Part shown: positions 32,365-43,065 of the stretch, piece by piece
How the letters are laid out: the number at the start of each line of letters is the position of its first letter
Numbering within the stretch: position 1 is the stretch's first letter
Origin: Salisapilia sapeloensis CBS 127946
Lineage: Eukaryota > Protista > Oomycota
Assembly: GCA_023334545.1 (NCBI GenBank)
Contig: JAADVB010000072.1
Coordinates: 1 to 64,000, forward strand
Direction of reading: 5' to 3'
DNA: 64,000 nucleotides
Made by a program: the position numbers and the translations under genes
Notes under the pieces: generated by a model
Databases searched by the model: none
What the model was told of the DNA's origin: nothing
Seen by the model: only the letters and a program-made list of their open reading frames with translations

Positions 32365-34498
32365 ATGGAGGGATTAGAAGTGTTATTCCAGTTCGAGGGG
32401 CATCACGAGCGTCCTCCACAGCTATTCGTCTACTCCTCTCCAGTGGAAAAGTCTAGTTACAGGTAACACATCACTATGTGTACTATACAATGTCTATTTT
32501 ACTAATGAAAGAATAGATCGGGTGTAATTCCGAGTGGAGGCTACTTCATCTGCTCGTCTATTGTCTACTATGGAGACAATTGCTGGATGAAAATTCGTCG
32601 AGGACCATTCTCTAAGGCCATCCTCACCGGATACGTTCGTGTTACTCTTGATGATAGTGCCGATGCTAGTCCGGACTCGTCCATCGAACGTGAAGTACCG
32701 ACCAAATATCGATCTGCAGCTGCTTTATGTCACACGCCAAGTGCATTTAAATACCTCCGACGAATCCCAAGTACGTATACGATCTGTGTATACTACTAGA
32801 AGCAACAAACTAAACGTAATTGTAGAATTTCCATCTTATTGTATGGCACATGAGCGCATTGAAGTTCACAAGAAACCAACTTTTACAGCTCCTGCTACAA
32901 GCTCCTATGATACGTCGTTGCCATCCCGCCATGTACCCGCTCATAGTGTCTTCCATACATCAGAATGCCTCCTAGACCGAGAATACGCGACGATCGCACT
33001 CCACATTTCTTCTCCTACAGGCGTCAAAGGATGGATCCATTTACCACAAAAGTCCTTTTACTCTGTTATTTCTCAAATTGAGGATCCAAAGTACACTATC
33101 CGAAGCAATTTCCTTGTCCAGAACATCGCATCTCCCATTGGAAACTGGGCTGGGGATCTTCCCATCCGTTCCAGTCCAGACCTCCAAGCTACGAAACGGT
33201 CGTGGACGTTACCACGACATGCTCTTGTCTATTGCCATGAGCGTAAGTTGGTACATGACCAAGTATGGCTGCGTGTATCAAAGCCAACCATGTTCGAGCC
33301 AGAGTACGTCGTGATGGAAGAGCAAAGAGAAGAGCATTGGGTTGTGGAACGGAATGCACAGACTGGTCGACGTGTCGTCATCCCATTCGGTGGATTATCC
33401 ATCAAGGACAGTGCCCAGCACCTCACTATGACAAGTGAACTAGATGACCAGCACCGCTTGTATCGTAATGTGTATGGTCGGAAGCCTTTGCCTCTTCGTG
33501 CTTCCTGTAGTATAAATGCTAATGTGACGGGGTACCTGAATCCTGGTGGGGTCTATCTATCCCATGCAAGATACTTGGACAAGGACAAGATGTGGATTGC
33601 ATTTGAAGTAGATGGTAGAACAGGGTACAGCCTGCAGATGAATGCAAAGACAAATGCTTGTCTGTTGCAGGAAGTACCACCGGCGAGCAAAATGCATCCG
33701 TCAGGATATTTTCAGATACAAAAGTCTGACCAACCGGACTCGACGAACGGAATGGCGTTGGAACAGGAAGAGCAGACACGACTGGAGCAGTCTGTCGCAG
33801 TGTTCACAGATGCTTCTTTTGCGTCTGAAGAGATCTTTAGAATAACAAGAGGAAGTGTAGTCAAGGCAGTGGGATTATGCCATTCAGAGGAGAGCATGTG
33901 GCTGCAAGTATTGGCTAGCGATGTGGACTCGAGTGTGAAGGTAGCCTCCTCCACTTCTGCACTGGACACAGTCTCTCCATCCTTGCCAGCATCTGCATCC
34001 AATGTCGTTCACATTCCTTTGTATCATGCAAGTGATACTCTGAAGAAGGAAGTCGGGGGTTGGAATGTAAGGAGATTCAATCGCCGATTGGAGAAAGTGG
34101 AGGACCCAACATCGAAAGATAGCAAGTCTCGAAGCTCCACAGCACGAGTCGTGTTCTCTGGTCGAGCGTCGAAATTGTTTGGCGACCACTTTCTTCGAGA
34201 CTCTACAGCTTCGACACGGTCATCTGGGTACGAGATGAGAGAATTGGATACTTCTAGAGTTGGTGTAACAAGGTCAGATGCACAAAACTTGCGAGAAGGG
34301 TTGGTGACACCACAATTGGAAGGAGGAATCGTACAAAGGATGCGAGGTGCTGGGCAATACTTGTTGTCATGTGTTGAGAGATCCGCCACCGCCTGCATGG
34401 AGCGGCCTGGCGCACGTGATCAGTATGCACAAGTATTTCAGGAAGATGATGTAGATGCTGAGTATGGAGAGCCGACACAGCCATTCACTCGAACTTAG
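32365..34498 (+). CDS. Hypothetical 674-aa protein with about five tandem SH3b-like beta modules; exons 32365-32462, 32517-32770, 32826-34498
   Basis: Two phase-consistent introns of 54 and 55 nt link ATG 32365 to the long ORF. There is a recurring pattern of [L/V]x[V/I]xxxP...G-x-[I/L]xxG...W[L/M/I]x[V/I/F]...G[W/Y]. Confidence 0.7.
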
Positions 34499-37088
34499 GA
34501 AAAGTGAAATCCGTCACGATTTTAAACCGGAAAAAGTTGTTTAAATTTACTCGCAAGTTCGTTTAGACCAAACGATTTCGTTTAAAAAGATTTTTCGTTG
34601 CTTTTGCGTCGACTGAGGCTTTGTTGGAGTGCTTTTGTCGTCGCTCTCTGTATATAGCGAGAAAGACATCGAGTCTTATTATTAACCAAGCTTGGCAAAT
34701 GGTAGAAGTTGATAAATACTGAAAGAATAAGGTTATAAAAATATCTTTTGTGGTAAATGCTCACATATATTCATATTTTCTCTTGTTTGATATCTTAATC
34801 TGCAGGCTGCATACGAATGGTGATAGGCACAGTGATAGTGTCTACGTAGATCACCGATAAATTGACTAGGGAAATTATCACTCGAGCTAAGCTTGAAATA
34901 AAGAAAATCTGAATAGTTTTAAAGCGCTAGTACAGTGCTAGAGAAACTGAATTGCGTATGAATGCACTGTGGGTTGTACGATCTGCTATCTCGATTATAT
35001 AGGACAATATAGACGAAAGGTAATCATTGGAGATCTTCTGCAACTAATATGCTGGCTTGATAGCTATAAAAGAAATTATTACCAGCAAGGACAGCTCGAT
35101 ATGATTTGTTTGTCCCTTTGAGTAAATCTGCAGACCATCTTGTACGTAAGATAGGACGCTTCTTGACGTGGAGATACTGAAAACTTTGCCTTTCTTGCAA
35201 CTGCATTCTTGATAAAGCCATATCGCGATTAAGTATGTACTCCCGGGATGTCTGGTGGATTATATGGGTCATCAAGTAGCCTAATTTTCCAGTAAAACGA
35301 CGATGATGCAGCTATAACATCACCATCGGCGGTGCCAACATTTTCTAGTGTACAACTTCTCAAGATCTGAAACTTTAACCGCCAATTTGAAGTTGCGTCT
35401 ACCTCGGAGCATGCAAATGTAAATGCACCTTATATTGGCTACTAGGTTATGTTGAGGTTGAGAGCAAGATTGCGCCTAGCCATAGCAAAATTTGACTTTA
35501 ACGTCGAGTAGCAGTACTGATAAAGCAACTAGTGCTTCCTCATACAGTAAACATTAGCTCAAGTTTACAATTCACTAGCAATCGAATAAGACTATTTGCT
35601 TCATAACGCCCACTTCTTGTGTGGATACTGCATGATATCCAATAATAAATGATAGAATTAAAGCAACAGTAGAACAAACTAGAACTGAGGCAGAAGATGC
35701 GCACTCGGCCCAGTTTTTATTTGTCGAAGCTTCTGGCGTCACACGCTGCTATCGCACCAGTTCACATGTTCCACGGTGAAATAGGTGGTACGAGTAATCT
35801 TGAGTCATCAAAGCCAGGACGTCAGGATGCGCGTGTGACATCGTGCTGAAACTAGTTTCCACGGACACTCTCCCTTCAATTCGACTTTCAAGATGAAGAT
35901 GATGTAAGAGGTGGTAAGCTCTGACTTGTAGCAATTCGCTAGATCCTTTCATGAGCAAGTATTAAAAACATATTCATCCCTCAAGAATCAACTTTTCTTG
36001 CAGCTAAAGTAGCGACGACATTGGCGATTTTGCCAAACATTGTCTTTCTAAATAGAAGTCTTCGACTGTGATGTGGTCACGATAATGGAAGGTCGTGATT
36101 GAATAAAGCTTAAGCTTATTTTCATTCTCTATCGTATTCCACGAACTCACTCCGTCATTTCCTTCGGCAGCGTCGGATCGACCATAGTAAACTCTTTGAT
36201 GACCGGGAGTCGAGAACCAAGTCGCAAATCTGTGGTATTGGTCCCTCTCCGAAGTCTTTTTGTCAATATATAGTCGAGATAATCCTGGATTAGCATATCG
36301 TTTTCATGGAAAGCAAAGTCTGTAGACTTCCAGTGACGGCATCGGAGTAAAACGCTGCGACGTTCATGATTGATGACTAACAATGAGCGAGATACAGTGA
36401 ACTGAGACTTCACATCATTTGCGTAAACCGCAATATACGATGTGAGCAAAAACCGCGACTCTTCACTCCAACCATGCCATTGCATCGTCTTCACAGTCAT
36501 TTCCAGAGGCTAATCGGGCTTGTATGTCAAAGTTTTAGTTGGTAAATTTAAGCGAGCTTATGCTATATACCACTAGAGCGTTAAGGTGAAAACCGGAACG
36601 TTTTATGGTAACTTGCACTCCATCGTTACTATCAAGGTACATTAAAATCCATTTTGACATGAATGATAGATAGTTTCGTTAACAATGCACTGCTATGACT
36701 TCGGATGTTCATTCTCTTGTACTCAGCGGGAGAATTGAATCTGCTTGGATCAACCTATTTCAAGTTGAAGCAAAATTACTGGATCACTCATATAGTACCA
36801 GATATACGTGCGCGAGTACTACCCCCACTGGACCCAAAGCAATTACCATTCAAAATCAAGCACGATGAAGATCGTTCGGCGCATAAGGTGTCTGCGCCTT
36901 GTTTTATCTCTTCGTCACCATGTCGCAACATAGACACCAGAACGTGGAACTTATGTCTAATCAAGGAGGCATAGAATATTGAAGCCTATACTTGTCTGAT
37001 TGATCGATTCTTTGGATTGCCCATCCGCAGATCTTGCGTATGCACTTTGCGTGGAAGAATCCATATTTCCTGCTAATCGATGTTGTGG

Positions 37089-37102
37089 TCACTTCCCAGT
37101 TT
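37089..37102 (+). promoter_or_regulatory. INR+FPR core promoter (TCACTTCCCAGTTT) of the elicitin-kinase gene
   Basis: One mismatch to the oomycete TCAYTYYNCAWTTY consensus, about 60 nt upstream of ATG 37162. Confidence 0.55.
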
Positions 37103-37161
37103 TTATTGGAGACATCTTATCGCCGTCTCAACAAGCCACTGCGACTGCAAGTCCACCTGCT

Positions 37162-39025
37162 ATGAATTGCCCGAGTATCTTTCTGATAGTGCTCTTCGGC
37201 TTCTTTGTTCAAAGTGTGCTGAGCAAAAATTGCACAAAACCTGAGGCGGATAAAGCAAAAGGACTTATCAAGCAAAAGGACACAACACAGTCTGATGACA
37301 GTCTTTGCGTAAGCGTGGATGACTTTACCTTCACCTGCTCTGATTCATGCATTGGCTTATATGCTGACTTGAACGAAGCACTGCCAGACTGCGAGCTCGA
37401 CTCGCAAGGATTCGAAATTGTGAACATAAAGGATTTATACGGCGTCTACTTTCGCATCTGTAGTGTGAGGTCGGAAGGTGGAATGATGCAAAGTAGAAAA
37501 GAATTGGATGGTATTCATTCATTTAATTTCATTTTGCGCTTCAATTGACAACTTGATCTGTTTGCATTTAGAGGATGAACAGAGTGTAATTATATCAAGC
37601 TCGGAAGCATTGCAGAGCATCAGATCGTCACCTGAGGGCAGCGCAGACACATCAATTGTATCGTCAGCATGGGGTACGGAAATAAACTTGTGGATATCAA
37701 ATGTTTATTGGTAATATCAAGCTGGTCAGGTGGATCAAAGAGTTCATCAGGCAGCACATTTCGAAGTGGTCGGCAGGAAAAAGGAGCACATGATTATTAT
37801 TCGGGCAGCTCGACAGCAGACTTTGCAAGTGCATCAAGTATTAATGTACACTACGGTGTATATATGAATGAGGCCATTTTTAGAGGCGGTGTGCTCATCC
37901 TAGTCTATGTCATCATTCCGGTGCTTCTACTTGTATCTTGTGGATGGTTTGTCTGCTTTCATATGACCCAGCCCGCCAAGGCAACAGAAGGTAGAGTAAA
38001 GTTGTTGACCGATATAGCAGCCTGGTCTCTGACATCACTCCATGTAGCTGACTCATCCAGTGACCCCAGCATTTATGACCTCTGGGGTGACAGGGAGCTC
38101 GTTGAGAAAAAGCTAAAGTTCACGGATATTAAAGACAAAAAGGTCCTAGGCTCCGGAGCTTTCGGCGTCGTCTGGCTGGTGACGTACAACAATACAAGCT
38201 ATGCATCCAAAAGGTTGCTACAAAGAGTCGTGGATCCAGAAGTATTTGAAAAGTTTATCGATGAAGTCAAGTTGGTGGCCAAAATCGAGCATGTAAATAT
38301 TATTAAGTGCATTGGTGTCGCATGGACAATGAGATCCGATTTCCAGGCTCTCTTTGAGTATATGCCAAACGGCGACTTGAGGGACTACTTGATGCAATCA
38401 GCTACTCGTCACTGGACCAACGAGAAGCTTCTTATCGCAATAGATATTGCAGAAGCACTCGTATATGTTCAGTCTTTCGAAACTCCCATCGTCCATCGTG
38501 ACCTCAAGTCTCGCAATGTTTTACTATCAGAAGAGATGGTCGCGAAAGTAAGCGACTTTGGTTCTGCTCGTCTCATGTCGGAAAATAATACCATGACCAC
38601 TCAGGCTGTTGGAACTGCTCGGGTATGTATAACACATTCATATATTCTTCGTTTATTTCTAAAATCTCTGATCGACCTATTTCTTTACGTCCTAGTGGCT
38701 AGCACCAGAAGTAGTGGCCGGTGAGTTCTACGACCATACTTGCGACTCGTACTCATTAGGCACCATCTTGACAGAGCTAGACACACACGAACTACCACTG
38801 CACAACGTCACGGACGGTAAAGGTGAAAAACTCCAGGATTTGGCGCTCATGCATCACATTGCTTGCCGCAAAGTCAAACCGATTGTCTCCAAAGACTGCC
38901 CGGAGCCAATGCGGGAACTCGTGGAAAAGTGTCTGAGTTATGAACCGAAGGACCGACCGACAGCAGTGCAAATTTCCTTTGCATTGCGCAAGATGCTGAA
39001 TAATGGAAGTGTGCTGGAAACTTAA
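37162..39025 (+). CDS. Receptor-like TKL kinase with signal peptide, elicitin-like six-Cys ectodomain, Ser-rich linker and TM helix; exons 37162-37510, 37572-37673, 37730-38622, 38696-39025
   Basis: Signal peptide ends VLS|KNC. Six Cys include CSDSC and LPDCEL. TM is VLILVYVIIPVLLLVSCGWFVCF. Kinase motifs are LGSGAFGVV, ASKR, HRDLKSRNVLL, DFG and WLAPEV. Three GT-AG introns (61, 56, 73 nt) are phase-consistent. Confidence 0.82.
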
Positions 39026-39089
39026 TAGCGTACATGCCGGAGAAGAAGACACGACATTTTAAATGAAAAAGATTCTTAATAATACAATA

Positions 39090-39815
39090 CTAAGCTTCGT
39101 CCGAGTACTCTGGATCACTGTCGTATGTGTATGCAGTCTCGGAGTTTCGGTGAAGAAGGGGAAGTACGGTCTTGTCGAATACAGGTTGTGTACGAGGATA
39201 GATGGCAATGAAAGCAAGTTGGATCATGCACAATAGGCCTGGAATTGCTGCTTGGAGAAACAGGAACAAGTCCGCTTTGAGGATGGAGATGAGCGTCCAG
39301 ATAGAGCAGTCGAGGAAGCCACTAAAGACCATGCCAAACGGAATGATATCGGAGCAGCGTTGTTGGATGACTTGCTGGAGTTCGGATAATGGAGACATGA
39401 AGAGTGCAAGAGTAGTCATGTCTGCAAGTATACCTAGAATAATTTGCATATTCGCAAGATCGACAAACGGAAAGAGGTAGAAAGTTGATAATGCAAGCAT
39501 GGACGCCAGCGAAGAGACAATAAGACGCTGGTGCTTGCGTCTTTGCAATCGGTCGTACTTGTAGTAGATACACAGGTAGACAGACCCCATGAATGCACCA
39601 TACATGTTGATCGTACCGAGAGGATAGACCATGTTGTTGGCGAAGCTGTACAAGATCCAGACATAGCTCTGTATGAGCATTGCCAATAGCGGATAGAAGT
39701 TCATATGAGAGGTATCCCTCGTCTTGTGTACATAATACAGATCCGGAATGAGGCTAGTGTAGATCAAACCAGAGGATGCAGTGCCAGCAGCACTAAGTAT
39801 ATCGAGTACAGTCAT
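39090..39815 (-). CDS. SWEET (MtN3/saliva) sugar transporter, 7 TM, 241 aa
   Basis: Two MtN3 repeats: ...KTRDTSHMNFYPLLAM...WILY...TIN and FMSPLSELQQVIQQRCSDIIPF...IW...IQL. Confidence 0.88.
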   Translation of the reverse strand: MTVLDILSAAGTASSGLIYTSLIPDLYYVHKTRDTSHMNFYPLLAMLIQSYVWILYSFANNMVYPLGTINMYGAFMGSVYLCIYYKYDRLQRRKHQRLIVSSLASMLALSTFYLFPFVDLANMQIILGILADMTTLALFMSPLSELQQVIQQRCSDIIPFGMVFSGFLDCSIWTLISILKADLFLFLQAAIPGLLCMIQLAFIAIYPRTQPVFDKTVLPLLHRNSETAYTYDSDPEYSDEA

Positions 39816-40208
39816 GAGAAAATTTTCTTAAGTGATCAACGACCATTCCAGATCGCTATAAATACATCCGACATGACTGTTCAAGATCCACTATCTCTCC
39901 CACTTGCTTCGTGCTGCTTCGGGCCACCTGGGTCCATCCATCCGGTTCTGTTTCCATCACCATGTCAATGTATTTTAATGTGACGAGGAGTTCTGTATTG
40001 TAGTCGTACTTGAGCATCCTAGTAGGTCCTTTCGTTCATTTCATGCATGGACAGTATCTATAAGCTTCAAATAGCCATCGCTAAGTGATCTTTCCACTAA
40101 ACAAGCGTCGAGAAACATGTTCGCACAACCTTCGTATCGAAAAATTGCGTCCAATTGGATCGATCTGAGAAGATCTCATTCTTCCATTCGACAAGTGCTT
40201 CAGAAACA

Positions 40209-41657
40209 ATGCGGCTCCTTTCTTCCATCGCCGTGATGGCTGCAACGATTGGTTTAGCCGATGCACTTACGATCGAAAGCAAACCTTCGGGTCAGGCACC
40301 CGAAAAACTTGTCGGTGACAGGACGCCACTCGCACGGTCATGGTCCATCTCCGGCTCCGAACCGCTCACCAAGCTGGAGTTTGCAGTCCCAGGCCGAATC
40401 ATCGTGTCGTATGAAGCGGCTGAGGAAATCCAACCAGACGCTGATGTCGTGGAGGAAGTGGACGATGCGTCTGCATCCGGCAGCTTGATGGCTGCTCAAG
40501 TCGGCGATGAGACGCTGCTCGCTACCATCCAAGTCGTTGGCAATAGCGCGCCGATGATGGATCTGTTTGAAGTGTACGAAACAAATGCTAGCTGCGAAGG
40601 TGTAAAGATGCGTCTGCACAATGACGATGCGGCGGTCGAAGGCAGCGTCCTCACCTACGTCACTGTGCATCAAGCGAATCAGATCGAAGAGCTCGGTGCG
40701 CTCTTGGCGACGGATGTAGCTGTCCATGACCGCGTCATTGTGGCTGATAGCTATGATGGCCAACTTGTCCTCGCTAGTGAAGGGAACACGGACATTGTTG
40801 TCGAGTCGAGTACGGCTTTGAATGTGAAGTCGCTGGAAGTCGCCTTGGTAGGAGACGGCATCGTGCAATTGTCCACTCCGTCCGTGTACGTTACCAACGG
40901 CATCGACTTGGCTGTCGCCGGCGATGGTGCCATAGCCTTGTCGACCGATAGCATTAAGACTGAGACGCTAGATGTAGCCGTGACAGAGCACGGAGCGATT
41001 TACTTTGACACGCAATCTCTCGTGACGCGAAACTTGTCGGTTGCGGTCGTTGATCATGCTGAAGTCACGATGACTGACTTGTACGCGAGTGGAAGCTGCG
41101 ACCAAGAGGATATCGAGGCTGTTGGAGACGGGAAGGTGTATCTAGGTCAGATCCAGGCGAAGGAGGTGGACGTGGCTGTCTGGGGATCGGCGAATGATGT
41201 CATTGTCCAGGCGACGGACAAGCTCTCAGCCAGCACGTCATTGACAGCGACCGTGTACTACTATGGCGACAAGCCGCGTGAAATTGAGACCTCGCAGTGG
41301 CAGTTTTGGCGCCCGACATCGTGGATCGTGAAACCCGTGACGGCGAACAAGGCCATGGTGTACAACCGCCACTTGCTTCCGGCGTCCGAGGCGGTTGGTG
41401 TGGCGGTTCGCACGGTGCGTGCCGAGGCGAGTGACGAGCCGACGGTCAAGGTGATTTCGTACGGCGATGAACAAGTCGGTAGTGAGTGGGAGATGAAGAC
41501 GGTGGATACTTTGGTGCAAGCGACGGACGAGTACTCCGCGCCAATGATAAGTGGTGTAGGTATTATCGCTGCAGTTGCGCTAGTGTCGCTTCTGGCTGTC
41601 GTTGCCGTGCGTCAGTTCCGTTATGACCGTCGTGGCGAGTACACGCCACTCCTATAA
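40209..41657 (+). CDS. Type I membrane protein with GIN (DUF2807, autotransporter-adhesin head-like) beta-helix repeats
   Basis: Signal peptide, LEFAVPGRIIV, repeated [L/I]xVA[V/L]xGxGx[V/I]x[L/I] coils, C-terminal TM helix and cytoplasmic RRGEYTPLL. Confidence 0.8.
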   Translation: MRLLSSIAVMAATIGLADALTIESKPSGQAPEKLVGDRTPLARSWSISGSEPLTKLEFAVPGRIIVSYEAAEEIQPDADVVEEVDDASASGSLMAAQVGDETLLATIQVVGNSAPMMDLFEVYETNASCEGVKMRLHNDDAAVEGSVLTYVTVHQANQIEELGALLATDVAVHDRVIVADSYDGQLVLASEGNTDIVVESSTALNVKSLEVALVGDGIVQLSTPSVYVTNGIDLAVAGDGAIALSTDSIKTETLDVAVTEHGAIYFDTQSLVTRNLSVAVVDHAEVTMTDLYASGSCDQEDIEAVGDGKVYLGQIQAKEVDVAVWGSANDVIVQATDKLSASTSLTATVYYYGDKPREIETSQWQFWRPTSWIVKPVTANKAMVYNRHLLPASEAVGVAVRTVRAEASDEPTVKVISYGDEQVGSEWEMKTVDTLVQATDEYSAPMISGVGIIAAVALVSLLAVVAVRQFRYDRRGEYTPLL

Positions 41658-42084
41658 GTCGAGCAGTCAAGAGATGAAAGCGAGATGTTTTGCAAGTAAC
41701 TTTTGGTTTGACGTTCATTCTTATCCTGAAGGGATCTTCCCAATCAATATTTGTGTCGCACGTAGTCGACACGAGTGGTGCGCTGAACAGATTAAGTCAT
41801 GATAGTGGGTACAAACATCCCGAACGTGATGTTTAATGGAAAAGTTTGCGTCGATCGTATCGCCCAATACCTCTGCGAGATGACTATTACGTAGATAACC
41901 TTCTATATCGCAAGTGTCTCTTCGATCCCTACCTATTCCGAGAACGGTGGCTTCGGCTTCAGTGATGCTTGTGTGCATGTTGATGCCAGCAGATGGCATG
42001 TGGCATGAAAACGAAGTCCTGCATAATCATTTTCTCTCAACTACTGGTTGTTGGTAACGGTGCTCCTAGCCATCAAGGTCGCTT

Positions 42085-42098
42085 TCATTCTCCAATTT
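42085..42098 (+). promoter_or_regulatory. INR+FPR core promoter (TCATTCTCCAATTT)
   Basis: Exact match to the TCATTYYNCAWTTY oomycete consensus, about 20 nt before ATG 42118. Confidence 0.7.
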
Positions 42099-42117
42099 GC
42101 ATTTTCTCATCCTAATC

Positions 42118-42966
42118 ATGGGCTCACCATCGCATGGACTTCGTCGATCTAGTCACGGTAGTCGTCCGAGTCTCTATCGACCGCATGCCGGAAGTGCCAA
42201 GGTCGAGTTGCTTCGTCGACTCTCGCTCTCCGTGTCGGTTGACGACACGTCTACACGTGATGTTTCGCACTATACGCTGGAAGCAATGTACGTCGCATCT
42301 CCATCCAGCGGAAGCAAAGATTGGGATGCGGTACTAGAGTCCTCTTCATCAGCCGAAGTCTTCTCCTACTCCATGCCACTCAAAGACTATGCTCGCTTCC
42401 GAGAGAAAATGCTCGACAGCCTCCACTTCGGACACAAGTGTGCAAACGATCGATGCCTTGGACTCTACACGTTCCTCGAATCGAGCTTCCCATCCTCTAT
42501 TATTTCCGTCTTGCCGTCTCGCCATACTCGTGAGAAGAAGCGAAATACCAAGTTACAAAAGTACTTTAGCACTCTCCATCACTTTTTGCTGGACGCCAAC
42601 CATCATCGTGATTGCCCACACATTGCGAAAGACGTCACGGACGCCTTCCTAAAATTTCTTCTGGGTGACCGATACTCAACGCTGCTAGCGGACGCTTCCG
42701 GCTCAAACAACAACCTCAGTTTCCAAACAAACGAAAGCGAAGGTGTGACCAAAAGCTTTAGCTCTTCATCAAGTGAACTCTTGGACGATCCGCTGGATGA
42801 TATAACTTCCAAGGCCGACACGAGCTGCGGTATTTGTGGTAATGACGATGTTTCTGGCGGTAAGACAGCATTGGACTGTGGCCATCACTTTCATGATGAG
42901 TGCCTCGTGGAAAAGCTGAACGAAGCACTTGAATGTCCTACCTGCCACGCTTCACTGCAAGACTAA
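42118..42966 (+). CDS. Oomycete PX-like domain plus RING-H2 protein (putative E3 ligase)
   Basis: YARFREKMLDSLHFGHKC...CLGLYTFLESSFP (PX-like), then C-terminal CGIC...CGHHFHDEC...CPTC. Confidence 0.85.
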   Translation: MGSPSHGLRRSSHGSRPSLYRPHAGSAKVELLRRLSLSVSVDDTSTRDVSHYTLEAMYVASPSSGSKDWDAVLESSSSAEVFSYSMPLKDYARFREKMLDSLHFGHKCANDRCLGLYTFLESSFPSSIISVLPSRHTREKKRNTKLQKYFSTLHHFLLDANHHRDCPHIAKDVTDAFLKFLLGDRYSTLLADASGSNNNLSFQTNESEGVTKSFSSSSSELLDDPLDDITSKADTSCGICGNDDVSGGKTALDCGHHFHDECLVEKLNEALECPTCHASLQD

Positions 42967-43065
42967 CGGTAGATGACAGTTGTCAATGTACAATAGAATT
43001 AAAGTAAAAGAAGAGTGCATTCGAGATCCAATTGCTATTTATTCTTGTTGACTTGTATAGGTAGT

